A stretch of DNA of 64,000 nt from an uncultured Gammaproteobacteria bacterium (GCA_964506945.1 CAZDOC010000002.1:42834-106833); one strand, 5' to 3'; counted from the first letter of the stretch, positions 48,679 to 59,186 are shown. The notes: generated by a model not told the origin, from the sequence alone. Numbers and translations are program-made.

Positions 48679-50802
48679 ATGGAACGCTCTCAGGTGGCAG
48701 ACAGCGGTTTGTGGGCACTGTGCCTGGTGGCGCGGTATCATGGGGTGGCGGTCGACCCGGCTGCGCTGGCGCAGCGTTTCCGTACTGCTGAGGGCCTCGA
48801 CGAGGCGGCGATCCTGCGTGCGGGGCGCAGCCTGGGGCTGAAATGCCGGGCCTGCACCCTGTCGGAAGCCCGCATGAGGAAGGCCCCATTGCCGGTGATC
48901 GCCGCTCTGCGTGGCGGCGGTTTTGTACTGATCCTGAGACTCGCCGGGGATGACCTGCTGGTTCAGCGGGGGGAGGATGTGGCCCCCGCGCGCCTGGCCT
49001 GGGTGGATTTTGGTCGTGAATGGAACGGGCGACTGATCCTGATCACCCGGCGTCACGGGCTGGAAACCGCGGCGCGACGCTTCGGCTGGCGCTGGTTTGT
49101 GCCCTTCATCCTCAAGTACCGGGCCTATCTCCTGGAGGTGTTGCTGGCCTCCTTCATGCTGCAGCTTTTCGCCCTGGTCACGCCGTTGTTCTTTCAGGTG
49201 GTGATCGACAAGGTATTGGTGCACAAGGGTCTGACCACGCTGGACGTACTCGCCGGCGGCCTGCTGGTGGTGTCGCTGTTCGATGCGCTGCTGGCTGGCT
49301 TGCGCGGCTATGTCTTCAGCCACACCAGCAACCGCATCGACGTGGCCCTGGGCGCGGCCTTGTTCCGTCACCTGCTGCGCTTGCCGATCGCCTATTTCGA
49401 GCATCGGCGGGTCGGCGACACGGTCGCCCGGGTGCGCGAACTGGAGACCCTGCGCCAGTTCCTCACCGGTTCCTCCCTGACCTTGCTGGTGGATGTGAGC
49501 TTTACCCTGGTGTTCTTCGCGGTGATGTATCTGTACAGCCCCCGGCTGACGCTCGTCGTGGCCGGGGTCCTGCCGGTGTATGTCTTGCTGGCGGTGTCGG
49601 TGACGCCGGCGTTGCGCGCGCGCCTGAATGAGAAATTCGATCGCGGCGCGGATTCCCAGGCCTTCCTGGTGGAGACCGTCGCCGGGATCGAGACCCTCAA
49701 GGCCAGCGCGGTGGAGGCCGGTGCCGGACAACGCTGGGAGGAACGCCTGGCGGCCTATGTCGCGGCCGGGTTCCGGGCCGGTAACCTGGCCAATATCGCG
49801 GGCCAGTGCGCGCAGTTGATCAACAAGCTGATGACCCTGCTGATCCTCTGGCTGGGGGCGCGCCTGGCCATCGATGGCGCGATCACGGTGGGTCAGCTGG
49901 TGGCCTTCAATATGCTCGCCGGACGGGTGGCCGGGCCGATCCTGCGCCTGTCGCAGTTATGGCAGGACCTTCAGCAGGCCGGCATCTCCCTGGCCCGGCT
50001 GGGCGATATCCTCGACGCCGCGCCCGAGCCCGGTTTCCGTCCCGGTCATATCGCCCTGACCGAGGCGCCGGGCGCGGTGGTCTTCGAGCGGGTCGTGTTC
50101 CGTTATCGCAGCGATGGGCCCGAGGTTCTGCGGGGTATCGATCTGCGGGTGGCCCAGGGGGAGGTGATCGGTATCGTCGGGCGGTCCGGGTCGGGCAAGA
50201 GCACACTGGCGAAACTGATCCAGGGGCTCCATGTCCCGTGCAGCGGCCGGGTGCTGATCAACGGCGTGGACCTGGCCCAGCTCGACAGCAGCTGGCTGCG
50301 CAGCCGCCTGGGCGTGGTGCTGCAGGACAGCCGGCTGTTCAATCGCACGGTACGCGAGAATATCGCCCTGGCCGATCCCGGCCTGCCGATGGCGCGGGTG
50401 ATCCAGGCCGCGCGCATGGCCGGGGCGCACGATTTCATCCTCGATCTGGCGCAGGGCTACGACACGGTCATCGGCGAATATGGCGCCGCTCTCTCCGGGG
50501 GGCAGCGGCAGCGGATCGCCATCGCCAGGGCCTTGATCACGGATCCCTCGATCCTGATCTTCGATGAGGCCAGCAGCGCCCTGGACTATGAGTCGGAATA
50601 TGCCCTGCAGCGGAACATGCGGTATATCTGCAAGGGTCGCACGGTGTTCCTGATCGCCCATCGCCTGTCCACGCTGCGCCATGCCGATCGCATCATCGTG
50701 CTGGACCAGGGCCGGGTGGTGGAGCAGGGCGATCACTCGGACCTGCTGGCCCGGGCCGGGTATTACGCGCGCTTGCACCGGCACCAGCTGGGCATGGCAT
50801 GA
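48679..50802 (+). CDS. Type I secretion system ABC transporter (HlyB family) with an N-terminal C39-like domain, a transmembrane domain and an ABC ATPase.
   Basis: N-terminus ADSGLWALCLVARYHGVAVDP parallels the HlyB C39-like domain ([20 protein letters not shown]). Six transmembrane helices. Walker A GRSGSGKST, ABC signature LSGGQRQRIAIARAL, Walker B ILIFDEASSALD. Start set at MMERSQ; the track ORF starts at 48634. Confidence 0.9.
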   Translation: MERSQVADSGLWALCLVARYHGVAVDPAALAQRFRTAEGLDEAAILRAGRSLGLKCRACTLSEARMRKAPLPVIAALRGGGFVLILRLAGDDLLVQRGEDVAPARLAWVDFGREWNGRLILITRRHGLETAARRFGWRWFVPFILKYRAYLLEVLLASFMLQLFALVTPLFFQVVIDKVLVHKGLTTLDVLAGGLLVVSLFDALLAGLRGYVFSHTSNRIDVALGAALFRHLLRLPIAYFEHRRVGDTVARVRELETLRQFLTGSSLTLLVDVSFTLVFFAVMYLYSPRLTLVVAGVLPVYVLLAVSVTPALRARLNEKFDRGADSQAFLVETVAGIETLKASAVEAGAGQRWEERLAAYVAAGFRAGNLANIAGQCAQLINKLMTLLILWLGARLAIDGAITVGQLVAFNMLAGRVAGPILRLSQLWQDLQQAGISLARLGDILDAAPEPGFRPGHIALTEAPGAVVFERVVFRYRSDGPEVLRGIDLRVAQGEVIGIVGRSGSGKSTLAKLIQGLHVPCSGRVLINGVDLAQLDSSWLRSRLGVVLQDSRLFNRTVRENIALADPGLPMARVIQAARMAGAHDFILDLAQGYDTVIGEYGAALSGGQRQRIAIARALITDPSILIFDEASSALDYESEYALQRNMRYICKGRTVFLIAHRLSTLRHADRIIVLDQGRVVEQGDHSDLLARAGYYARLHRHQLGMA

Positions 50803-52139
50803 AGGAGCGCGAACTGCAGGCCTTTCTGCCGGCGGCGCTGGAGCTGCAGCAGACCCCTCCGCTGCCGGGCAGCCGCATGATCCTGTGGGCGATCCTGGTC
50901 TTGACCGGGATCGCGATTTTCTGGGCCTGTATCGGCCGGGTCGATATCGTCGCCGTGGCCCGGGGGCGGATCATACCCGATGGCCGGGTCAAGACCGTGC
51001 AGCCCCTGCAGGCGGGGGTGGTGAAGGCCATCCATGTGCACGACGGGCAGCATGTCGCCGCCGGGGATCTGCTGCTGGAACTCGACCCGACCGTCACCGC
51101 TGCCGATCTCGAACGCCTGCTGCGCAGACAGCAGGCCCTGCGCCGGGACAGCGCCCGCTTGCGGGCCACCCTGGCGGCTGCGGACGCGGTCTGCGTGGCC
51201 GGGGCGGCCTGCGCCTTGCCGACGCTGGAGTGCAGCGGGCCGGCGCGGCTCTGTGGTCTGGACCGGCGCCAGCTCCGGCAGGCCGTGGACGAATATCGCG
51301 GCCGGCTGGCGGCCTTGCGTCAGCAGGGCCGGGAAAAGCAGGCCGCGTTGCGGGGTCTCAGGCAACGCCTGGAACTGGTCGAGGCCATCCTGCCGATGAT
51401 CACGGAGCGGGCGCGGGCGCAGCAGGCCCTGTATGAAAAACATCTGGCCTCGCGTGTGGACTGGCTGAAACTCGAACAGCAGCGGATCGAACAGGAAAAA
51501 CAGCGCGGCATACTGCGCGCGGGCATCGAGGAGGCGGTCGCCGGGGTGGCGCACATCGAGGCGCGGGTACGGGCCATGCGGGCCGGTTTCCGGCAGGAGA
51601 TCCTGAGCGGTCTGGATGAGACCGGACGGCGTCTGGCGGAACTGGATCAGGAACTGCGCAAGGCCGGTCGGGACAACCGGCTGCAGACCCTGCGCGCGCC
51701 TGTCGCCGGCACCGTACAGCAACTGGCGGTACATACCCTGGGCGGCGTGGTCACCCCGGCGCAGGTACTGATGCGGATCGTGCCCGCCAACCAGGGCCTG
51801 AAGGTCCAGGCCTGGGTCAGGAACCAGGACATCGGCCACATCCATGCCGGCCAGGCGGCGGAGATCAAGATCGAGGCCTTCCCCTTTACGCGTTACGGGG
51901 TGATCGCCGGGCGGGTGCTGCGAGTCTCCGCCGACGCGGTGACCGATGAGCGCCGCGGCCTGGCCTACCTGGCCGAGGTCGCCATGGCCCGGGACCGGAT
52001 CCGGGTCGGAGACCGGGACCTGAAGCTGGGGCCGGGCATGGCGGTCGCGGTCGAGGTGCGCGAGGGCCGGAGACGGCTGATACAATTCCTGCTCGAGCCG
52101 CTGTTGCGCTATCGCGACGAGGCCCTGCGCGAGCGCTAG
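50799..52139 (+). CDS. Type I secretion membrane fusion protein (HlyD family).
   Basis: Single N-terminal transmembrane segment, long coiled coil and a lipoyl/beta-barrel (LRAPVAGTVQQLAVHTLGGVVTPAQVLMRIVP). It overlaps the ABC gene stop. Confidence 0.9.
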   Translation: MKERELQAFLPAALELQQTPPLPGSRMILWAILVLTGIAIFWACIGRVDIVAVARGRIIPDGRVKTVQPLQAGVVKAIHVHDGQHVAAGDLLLELDPTVTAADLERLLRRQQALRRDSARLRATLAAADAVCVAGAACALPTLECSGPARLCGLDRRQLRQAVDEYRGRLAALRQQGREKQAALRGLRQRLELVEAILPMITERARAQQALYEKHLASRVDWLKLEQQRIEQEKQRGILRAGIEEAVAGVAHIEARVRAMRAGFRQEILSGLDETGRRLAELDQELRKAGRDNRLQTLRAPVAGTVQQLAVHTLGGVVTPAQVLMRIVPANQGLKVQAWVRNQDIGHIHAGQAAEIKIEAFPFTRYGVIAGRVLRVSADAVTDERRGLAYLAEVAMARDRIRVGDRDLKLGPGMAVAVEVREGRRRLIQFLLEPLLRYRDEALRER

Positions 52140-52164
52140 GGCGGGCCGGGTTGCGACAGATGTC

Positions 52165-52569
52165 CTACAGCGCGGCGGCCCCGGCGGCAGCGATCTGGCC
52201 GTCCTCGCTGGATTTGACGCCGCTGATGCCGATGGCGCCGACGATATCGCCATCGTGTTCCAGCGGGATGCCGCCTTCGATGGGCAGCATGCCCGGCATG
52301 GCCAGGTAGCCCTGGCGGCCGCTGGCGACGGTCTCCTCCCAGAACACGGTCGGGCGGCGGAACATCAATGCGACCTTGGCCTTGGTGATGGCGACCTCGA
52401 TGCTGCCGAGCTGGACCTTCTCGCGTTGCAGGTACATCAGATGACCGCCGTCGTCGACGATGGCGATGACCACGTTCCAGCCGTTCTTTTCGGCCTCCGC
52501 CTGGGCGGCGGCGGCGACACGCTTGGCATCATCCAGGCTCAGGATTTCTTTTGAATACATTGATTTCAC
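52165..52569 (-). CDS. GlcG/HbpS-like heme-binding (DUF336) protein.
   Basis: MKSMYSKEILSLDDAKRVAAAAQAEAEKNGWNVVIAIVDDGGHLMYLQR...GGIPL...GAIGISG. Confidence 0.7.
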   Translation of the reverse strand: MKSMYSKEILSLDDAKRVAAAAQAEAEKNGWNVVIAIVDDGGHLMYLQREKVQLGSIEVAITKAKVALMFRRPTVFWEETVASGRQGYLAMPGMLPIEGGIPLEHDGDIVGAIGISGVKSSEDGQIAAAGAAAL

Positions 52570-52639
52570 CTTATGTCAGCTATCGTGGAAAACCGGGCCG
52601 GCATTATCTCATATTCCCGGTCGTGGTGGGGCCGGCCGT

Positions 52640-54088
52640 TCAACTGCGCCAGTAGGCCGGACTCAACAGCACCAGCAGGGTGAATATCTCCAGGCGACCG
52701 AGCAGCATGGCCAGGGTCAGCAGGTATTTGGCGGTATCGCTGAGGCTGCCGTAATCCGAACTGACCGCGCCCATCCCGGGGCCCAGGTTATTGATGCAGG
52801 CGGCCACCGCGGAGAAGGCCGTGACCTGGTCCAGGCCGGTGGCCATCAGCGCCAGCAACAGCAGCGCGAAGACCACCACATAGGTGGCGAAGAAACCCCA
52901 CACCGCGTCGATGATGCGATCCGGCACCGGCCGGCCGCCGATCTTGATGGGGATGATGGCGTTGGGGTGGATCAGGCGGCGGATCTCGCGCTTGCCCTGG
53001 CGATAGAGCAATAGCACCCGGATCACCTTGATGCCGCCACCGGTGGACCCGGCGCAGCCGCCGATGAAACTGGCGAACAGCAGCAGCACCGGGACGAAGC
53101 CGGGCCAGGCCGAGAACGAGGTGGTGCCAAAGCCGGTGGAGGTGGCGATGGTCACGGTCTGGAATACGCCGTGACGGATGGCGAAATCCAGGGAATAGGT
53201 ACCGGTCCAGACCAGGTAGGCGACCGTCAGCAGGCTGGTCCCCGCGATGATGGTCAGATAGGTGCGGAATTCGGCATCCCTGAAATAGGTCTTCAGGCTA
53301 AGGCCCCGCCAGCCGAGATAGTGCAGGGAGAAATTGACCCCGGCGAAGAAGGCGAAGAAGGTGGCGATGGCCTCGATCACGCGGCTGTCGAAATAGCCGA
53401 TGCTGAGATCGTGGGTGGAGAAACCGCCGGTGGAGACGGTGGCGAAGCTGTGACCGATGGCGTCGAAGGCGGTCATGCCCGCCAGCCAGTAGCCCAGCGC
53501 GCAGGCGATGGTCATGCCCAGGTAGATATACCACAGGGCCTTGGCGGTCTCGGCGATGCGCGGTGTCAGCTTGGCATCCTTCATCGGTCCCGGGGTCTCG
53601 GCGCGATAGAGCTGCATGCCGCCGATACCGAGCATCGGCAATATGGCCACCGCCAGCACGATGATGCCCATGCCGCCCATCCACTGCAACTGCTGGCGGT
53701 AGAAAAGGATGGACCTGGGCAGGTCGTCGATGCCGGTGAGTACCGTGGCTCCGGTGGTGGTGAGGCCGGACATGGACTCGAACAGGGCATTGGCCAGGTG
53801 CATGTGCGGATGTTCGGCCAGCATCAGGGGGATGGCGCCGCTGCTGCTGAGCGCGGTCCAGAACAGGACCACGACCATGAAACCGTCGCGCAGGCGCAGT
53901 TCCTGGCGCACCTTGTACACCGGCAACCACAGCAGCAGTCCGGCGGCCAGGGTCAGGACGAAGGCCAGCAGGAACGGACGCAGGGCGCCGTCATGGGTCC
54001 ACCAGGAGATCACCGTGGGTGGCAGCAGGGTGATGCTGAACAGGGCCAGCAACAGTCCCAGGATGCGTTGTATGGTGCGCAGGCGCAT
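52640..54088 (-). CDS. trkH: Trk system potassium uptake protein TrkH.
   Basis: The 482-aa polytopic protein has the recalled TrkH motifs SMSGLTTTGATVL and LGRLEIFTLLVLL. Confidence 0.9.
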   Translation of the reverse strand: MRLRTIQRILGLLLALFSITLLPPTVISWWTHDGALRPFLLAFVLTLAAGLLLWLPVYKVRQELRLRDGFMVVVLFWTALSSSGAIPLMLAEHPHMHLANALFESMSGLTTTGATVLTGIDDLPRSILFYRQQLQWMGGMGIIVLAVAILPMLGIGGMQLYRAETPGPMKDAKLTPRIAETAKALWYIYLGMTIACALGYWLAGMTAFDAIGHSFATVSTGGFSTHDLSIGYFDSRVIEAIATFFAFFAGVNFSLHYLGWRGLSLKTYFRDAEFRTYLTIIAGTSLLTVAYLVWTGTYSLDFAIRHGVFQTVTIATSTGFGTTSFSAWPGFVPVLLLFASFIGGCAGSTGGGIKVIRVLLLYRQGKREIRRLIHPNAIIPIKIGGRPVPDRIIDAVWGFFATYVVVFALLLLALMATGLDQVTAFSAVAACINNLGPGMGAVSSDYGSLSDTAKYLLTLAMLLGRLEIFTLLVLLSPAYWRS

Positions 54089-55470
54089 CAGAAGAAGGTG
54101 ATGCCGACCTGGAACAGTTGTTCCACCTCACGCACGCGGTGTTTTTCCGTCAGCAGCAGGATGACGTGATCCTCGGCCTCGATGCGGGTGTCGTGGTGGG
54201 CGATGATGACCTCCTCACCGCGGACGATGGCGCCGATGGTGGTGCCGGCGGGCAGGTCGATGTCCTCGATGCGCCGGCCGACCACCTTCGAGGTCTTGCG
54301 ATCGCCATGGGCGATGGCCTCCAGGGCCTCGGCGGCGCCGCGGCGCAAGGAGTGGACCTGGACGATGTCGCCACGGCGGACGTGACGCAGCAGATTGCCG
54401 ATGGTGGCCTGCTCCGGGGAGATGGCGATGTCGATGTCGATGATATTGCTCTGCACCAGGTCCACGTAGGCGGTCCGGTTGATCAGCGCCATGACCTTGC
54501 GCGCGCCCAGGCGCTTGGCCAGCATGGCGGAGATCATGTTGGCCTCGTCGTCATTGGTCAGGGAACAGAAGACATCGGTGTTCTCGATATTCTCCTCCTT
54601 GAGCAGTTCCTCGTCCGCGGCGTCGCCGGCCAGCACGATGGCCTTGTCCAGGTCCTCGGAGATGAAGCGCGCCTGTTTCTGATCGATCTCGATCAGCTTG
54701 ACCTGCATGCGGTCCTCGAGATTGGCCGCGAGGCGCCGGCCGATGTTGCCGCCGCCGGCGATGATGACCCGCTTGACCGGCTTGTCCAGCTGGCGCATCT
54801 CGCGCATTACGGTCTTGATGTGTTTCGGTCCGGCGAGGAAGAAGACCTCGTCATCGACCTCGACCCGGGTCTCCCCGGTCACGGCGATGGATTGTCCACG
54901 GCGGTAGATGGCGGCGATGCGGACCTCGACGTTGGGGATGTGTTCGTTCAGGCGCTTGACCCGGTGGCCGACCAGCGGGCCACCGTGATAGGCGCGGATG
55001 GCGGCCAGCTGGATCTTGCCATCGGCGAAGTCCAGCACCTGCAGCGCGCCGGGGAACTCGATCAGTTTCTGGGTGTAGAGGGTGACGGCCTCCTCGGGGC
55101 TGATGAGGACATCGACCGGCACCGCCTCGGTGGCGAACAGTTCGTCATGGCGCAGGTACTCTATCTCGCGCACCCGCGCGACCTTGGTCGGGGTGTGAAA
55201 CAGGGTGTAGGCGACCTGGCAGGCGAGCATGTTGGTCTCGTCGCTGTTGGTGACCGCGATGATCATGTCGGCGTCATCGGCGCCGGCCTGTTTCAGGACC
55301 CTGGGGTGCGAGGCCACGCCGTGTATGGTGCGCAGATCCAGGCGGTTTTGCAGCCGCTGCAGGGCCTCACCGTCGGTATCGACGACAGTGATATCGTTGG
55401 CCTCGCTGACCAGGTTTTCCGCGACCGAGGTGCCGACCTGGCCGGCGCCGAGAATGATGACTTTCATCTT
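54088..55470 (-). CDS. trkA: Trk system potassium uptake protein TrkA (tandem RCK/NAD-binding).
   Basis: MKVIILGAGQVGTSVAENL followed by a second Rossmann repeat (VIIAGGGNIGRRLA). The track ORF extends 14 codons upstream. Confidence 0.9.
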   Translation of the reverse strand, partial: KMKVIILGAGQVGTSVAENLVSEANDITVVDTDGEALQRLQNRLDLRTIHGVASHPRVLKQAGADDADMIIAVTNSDETNMLACQVAYTLFHTPTKVARVREIEYLRHDELFATEAVPVDVLISPEEAVTLYTQKLIEFPGALQVLDFADGKIQLAAIRAYHGGPLVGHRVKRLNEHIPNVEVRIAAIYRRGQSIAVTGETRVEVDDEVFFLAGPKHIKTVMREMRQLDKPVKRVIIAGGGNIGRRLAANLEDRMQVKLIEIDQKQARFISEDLDKAIVLAGDAADEELLKEENIENTDVFCSLTNDDEANMISAMLAKRLGARKVMALINRTAYVDLVQSNIIDIDIAISPEQATIGNLLRHVRRGDIVQVHSLRRGAAEALEAIAHGDRKTSKVVGRRIEDIDLPAGTTIGAIVRGEEVIIAHHDTRIEAEDHVILLLTEKHRVREVEQLFQVGITFF

Positions 55471-55551
55471 GTTGTTATTGCTCCGGTGCCGGATGCTGCC
55501 CTGCAGCATCATATACCCATCCCGGCGCCCTGTGAACCGGCATGGGTGCGC

Positions 55552-56934
55552 TCAGTCCCGCTTCGGCTTTTCCCTGGCCAGGGCCTTGGGATCGATGCCC
55601 AGGGTACGCATCTTGCGATACAGGTGGGTGCGCTCCATGCCCACCCGATGGGCCAGCTTGCTGACGTTGCCGCCGGTCTGTTGCAACTGGTATTCGAGAT
55701 AGGCGCGCTCGAACAATTCGCGTGCCTCGCGCAGGGGGCGATCGAATCCCGGCATGGCGTCGGGTACCGGGTTCCGGGGCTCCAGTCCCAGGGCCTGCTC
55801 CACCTCCGGGGTCTGGATATCCTCCTGGTTGCCGAGGATCAGCAGGCGTTGCACCAGGTTCTTGAGTTCCCGCATGTTGCCGGGCCACTCGTAGCCGTGC
55901 AGGCGACGCAGCGCCGCCGGGGTGAAATGCCGCGGTGGCAGGGCGTCGCGTTCACTGAAGCTTGCGAGGTAATGCTGCAGGAACAGGGGGATGTCGTCGG
56001 GGTGTTCACGCAGCGCGGGCACATGCACGGGGACGATGTTCAGGTGGTAGTAGAGGTCGTCGCGAAAGCGGCCGGTCTCGACCAGCTGCTGGAGATCATG
56101 GCGGGTGACGGCGAGCAGGCGGCAAGCGATGGCGACCGGCTCGCGCGCGCCGACCCGGATCAGGGTGCCTGATTCCAGCACCCCCAGCAGCCGCGCCTGG
56201 ATGTCCAGGTCCAGATCGGCGATGTCCTTGAGCAGCACGCTGCCCTCGCCGGCCTGTTCCAGCAGGCCATAGCTGATGTGCTCGCCCTGTTCCTGGCCGA
56301 ACAGGAAACCGGCATGGTTCTCGCGCGGCAGGCCGGCGATATTGACCTGCAGGAAGGGCGCGTCGGCGCGCGGACTGTGCTCGTGCAGGAAGCGCGCGAA
56401 GCTTGCCTTGCCGGTTCCCGACTCACCATGGATCAGGACGCTGGTGTCATGCGCGGCGATACGCAGGATCTGTTGCCGCAGACCCTCGAAGGCCTGGCAT
56501 TCCAGCACCGGATCGGTCTCCGTCTCGGTGCGCCGGCGCAGGCTGATATTCTCCTGGCGCAGCTGGTGGGTCTCCAGGGCGCGCTGTACGGTGACCAGCA
56601 GCTTGGCCATGGACAGGGGTTTTTCGATGAAGTCATAGGCCCCCAGGCGGGTGGCCTCGACCGCGGTCTCGACCGTGCCGTGCCCGGACATCATCACCAC
56701 CGGGCAGTCCAGGCCCTCATTGCCGGCCCAGTCCTTGAGCAGGCTGATGCCATCCTCGCCGGGCATCCAGATATCCAGCAGGATCAGGTCCGGGCGCTGG
56801 TTGCGGCGCGCCTCGCGCGCCTCCTCGGCATTCGCGGCCAGGGCGGTCTGGTAACCCTCGTCATCGAGGATCTCCCGCAATACCGAACGGATGTCCGGTT
56901 CATCGTCCACTATCAGGATATGTGGCCCTGTCAT
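55552..56934 (-). CDS. ntrX: Sigma-54-dependent response regulator (NtrC family), NtrX-like.
   Basis: REC domain (ILIVDDEPDIRSVL...DLILLDIWMPGEDG). AAA+ sigma-54 activator domain (GESGTGKASFARFLH, GAFTGA-region analog, ESGTLIRVG). C-terminal helix-turn-helix. Immediately downstream of the ntrY-like kinase. Confidence 0.75.
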   Translation of the reverse strand: MTGPHILIVDDEPDIRSVLREILDDEGYQTALAANAEEAREARRNQRPDLILLDIWMPGEDGISLLKDWAGNEGLDCPVVMMSGHGTVETAVEATRLGAYDFIEKPLSMAKLLVTVQRALETHQLRQENISLRRRTETETDPVLECQAFEGLRQQILRIAAHDTSVLIHGESGTGKASFARFLHEHSPRADAPFLQVNIAGLPRENHAGFLFGQEQGEHISYGLLEQAGEGSVLLKDIADLDLDIQARLLGVLESGTLIRVGAREPVAIACRLLAVTRHDLQQLVETGRFRDDLYYHLNIVPVHVPALREHPDDIPLFLQHYLASFSERDALPPRHFTPAALRRLHGYEWPGNMRELKNLVQRLLILGNQEDIQTPEVEQALGLEPRNPVPDAMPGFDRPLREARELFERAYLEYQLQQTGGNVSKLAHRVGMERTHLYRKMRTLGIDPKALAREKPKRD

Positions 56935-59186
56935 ACGGCCTCCTCGTCTGTCGCTGTGGTGGTGCTGGTCATGCCCGGGACCGGTAGCTGGATCACCGCG
57001 CAGGCGCCCCCCTGTGCCCGGTTTTCCAGCCATACCACGCCACCGTGCTCCTCGATGATCTTCTTGACGATGGCCAGTCCCAGGCCGGTGCCCCGGGCCT
57101 TGCTGGTGACATAGGGCTCGAAGATACGTCCCAGCAGTTCTTCCTCGATGCCCGGTCCGCGGTCCTCGATGCGCAGCTCGACCACGGCCGCGGCCGCGTC
57201 CGCCAGCATCCTGCTGCTGATCCTGACCCATGGCGTCCCGTCACCGACCGCTTCCAGGGCATTCTTGATCAGGTTGTTCAACACCTGCCGCAGGCGCGCC
57301 GGGTCCGCCTGCAGGGGCGGCAGGTCAGCGGCCAGATCGGTAACGACGGCGGCCTTCGGATCGACGTTGCGGAACAGGTCGACGACCTCGTTGACCAGAT
57401 CGTTCAGGGCCAGGGGCTGGGGCTGGATACGTGGGCTGCGGGCATAGTCGGAGAAGGTGTTGACCATCACCTTCATGGTCTCGACCTGTTGCACGATGGT
57501 ATGGGTCAGGCGGTCCAGGACCTCGGCATCCCGCGCCGGCATGCTGTGCAGGTATTTGTGGCGCAGCCGTTCCGCCGACAGCTGTATGGGGGTCAGCGGG
57601 TTCTTGATCTCGTGCGCCAGGCGTCGGGCGACCTCGCTCCAGGCGGCATCGCGCTGGCCCCGCAACAGGGCGGTGATGTCATCGAAGACGATGACGTGAT
57701 CGGTGTCCTCGCGGTCGCTGTCCACAAGCGCGGTGCCACGGCACATCAGTACCTGGTGCCCGCCACTGCCGAACAGCTCCAGCTGTTGTTGCCAATCGCC
57801 CGTGTGCTCATCCAGATGCGGGACGATGGCCGTTTCGAAGGCCTCCAGATGCGGGAAGCGGCCGCTGATCTCATGCAGGGTGCGACCGATGATCTCGGCC
57901 AGCGGAACCCTCAGGATCTGCGCCACGCTGGGGTTGGCGGTGCGGATGCGATGTCCACGGCCCAGGGTCAGAACGCCGGAGGAGAGGCGGTCGAGTACGG
58001 CCTCGAGGTAGGCGCGCTGGTTCTCCAGATGGTCCCGGCTGCGGCGGATCTCGTCCCGGGCCTGGGCGATCTTGCGGGTCATCTGGTTGAAGGACTTGAC
58101 CAGGAAGCCGAGGTCGTCCTGGGAACTGACCTGGATGGTGGTCTCGTATTCTCCCTCGGCCACCGCCGCGGTACCGGCCGCCAGGTCCAGGATCGGCGCG
58201 GTCAGCCGACGGGCGGTATAGAAGGCCGCCCACACCGCCGCCAGCACCGTCGACAGCAGTACCAGGGTCAGGGTCATGGTAAAGCTGATCTTGAGCTGCT
58301 CGCGCAGATAGGAGAGTTCCTGGTATTCGGCGAAGGCCGCCTGCACCGTCTCGGCCTGTTCGTTCATGTCCGAGCTGATGGGATAGATCGCCTGCAGGAT
58401 CATGGCGTTGCCGGAGGCATCCTTCTGCCCCGGAACCCGCACCACCACCCGCACCACCAGGCGTTTGTCCGCCAGTGGGTCCAGGGCGATATAGTTGCTG
58501 CCTTGCTGCAGTTGCAGGAGGATGGTCTCGTCGGGGGAATTGGGGACGATATTCGTCTCGCTGCTGCTGGAGGCGATCATGCGGCCCTTGATCGACATCA
58601 GCGCCAGTTCCTCGGCGCCGCTGCGATCGCGCATGGTATCCAGGTTGTAGCCGGCTGGATAGGTATTGACCACCAGGGTACTGCCCGGATTATGCAGTTG
58701 TTCCAGGTTCAAGGGGCTGATGGACTGCCCCGGCTGGTCGAGCTCCTCGGCCATCTGCGTGGTCTGGCGCAGCAGCTCGCGCATGCGCAGGTCCAGGGCG
58801 TCGCGGCTCAACTGCATGGAATCCGTCAGGGCCTGGCCGATGCGCACATCGAACCAGCTGTCGATGCCCTGGCGCAGGAAATCCAGGGAGAAGGCATAGA
58901 CGATGGTGACCGGGATCACGGCCATGATGATGAACATCTTCACCAGCCGGCGGGTCAGCTTGGCCCCCGGGGTACCGCTGCGCAGCTGATGGATCAGGCG
59001 GCGGATGTTGGCGCCGATGAGGGTGATGAGGATGATCAGTCCGGTGGCGTTCAGCAGCAGCAGGGGGATGTACAGGCGACCGAACTGGGCGGAATTCTGG
59101 GTCGCGCCTCCCATCAGGAACAGGGACGTGAGCAACAACAGGCACAGGACCGACACCCCGAGCAGGACCTTGGCGCGTTGCTTCAT
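56931..59186 (-). CDS. ntrY: NtrY-like sensor histidine kinase (transmembrane, HAMP, PAS, HisKA, HATPase).
   Basis: Two transmembrane helices plus HAMP. H-box LAHEIKNPLTPIQLSAERL. ATPase G-boxes (DRGPGI, GTGLGLAIVKKIIEEHGG). Start set at MKQRAKVLL. Confidence 0.75.
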   Translation of the reverse strand: MKQRAKVLLGVSVLCLLLLTSLFLMGGATQNSAQFGRLYIPLLLLNATGLIILITLIGANIRRLIHQLRSGTPGAKLTRRLVKMFIIMAVIPVTIVYAFSLDFLRQGIDSWFDVRIGQALTDSMQLSRDALDLRMRELLRQTTQMAEELDQPGQSISPLNLEQLHNPGSTLVVNTYPAGYNLDTMRDRSGAEELALMSIKGRMIASSSSETNIVPNSPDETILLQLQQGSNYIALDPLADKRLVVRVVVRVPGQKDASGNAMILQAIYPISSDMNEQAETVQAAFAEYQELSYLREQLKISFTMTLTLVLLSTVLAAVWAAFYTARRLTAPILDLAAGTAAVAEGEYETTIQVSSQDDLGFLVKSFNQMTRKIAQARDEIRRSRDHLENQRAYLEAVLDRLSSGVLTLGRGHRIRTANPSVAQILRVPLAEIIGRTLHEISGRFPHLEAFETAIVPHLDEHTGDWQQQLELFGSGGHQVLMCRGTALVDSDREDTDHVIVFDDITALLRGQRDAAWSEVARRLAHEIKNPLTPIQLSAERLRHKYLHSMPARDAEVLDRLTHTIVQQVETMKVMVNTFSDYARSPRIQPQPLALNDLVNEVVDLFRNVDPKAAVVTDLAADLPPLQADPARLRQVLNNLIKNALEAVGDGTPWVRISSRMLADAAAAVVELRIEDRGPGIEEELLGRIFEPYVTSKARGTGLGLAIVKKIIEEHGGVVWLENRAQGGACAVIQLPVPGMTSTTTATDEEAV

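Noticed and set aside
54118-56172. 684-aa + strand ORF.
   Set aside because: It is antisense to trkA and ntrX, both with strong homology on the - strand.
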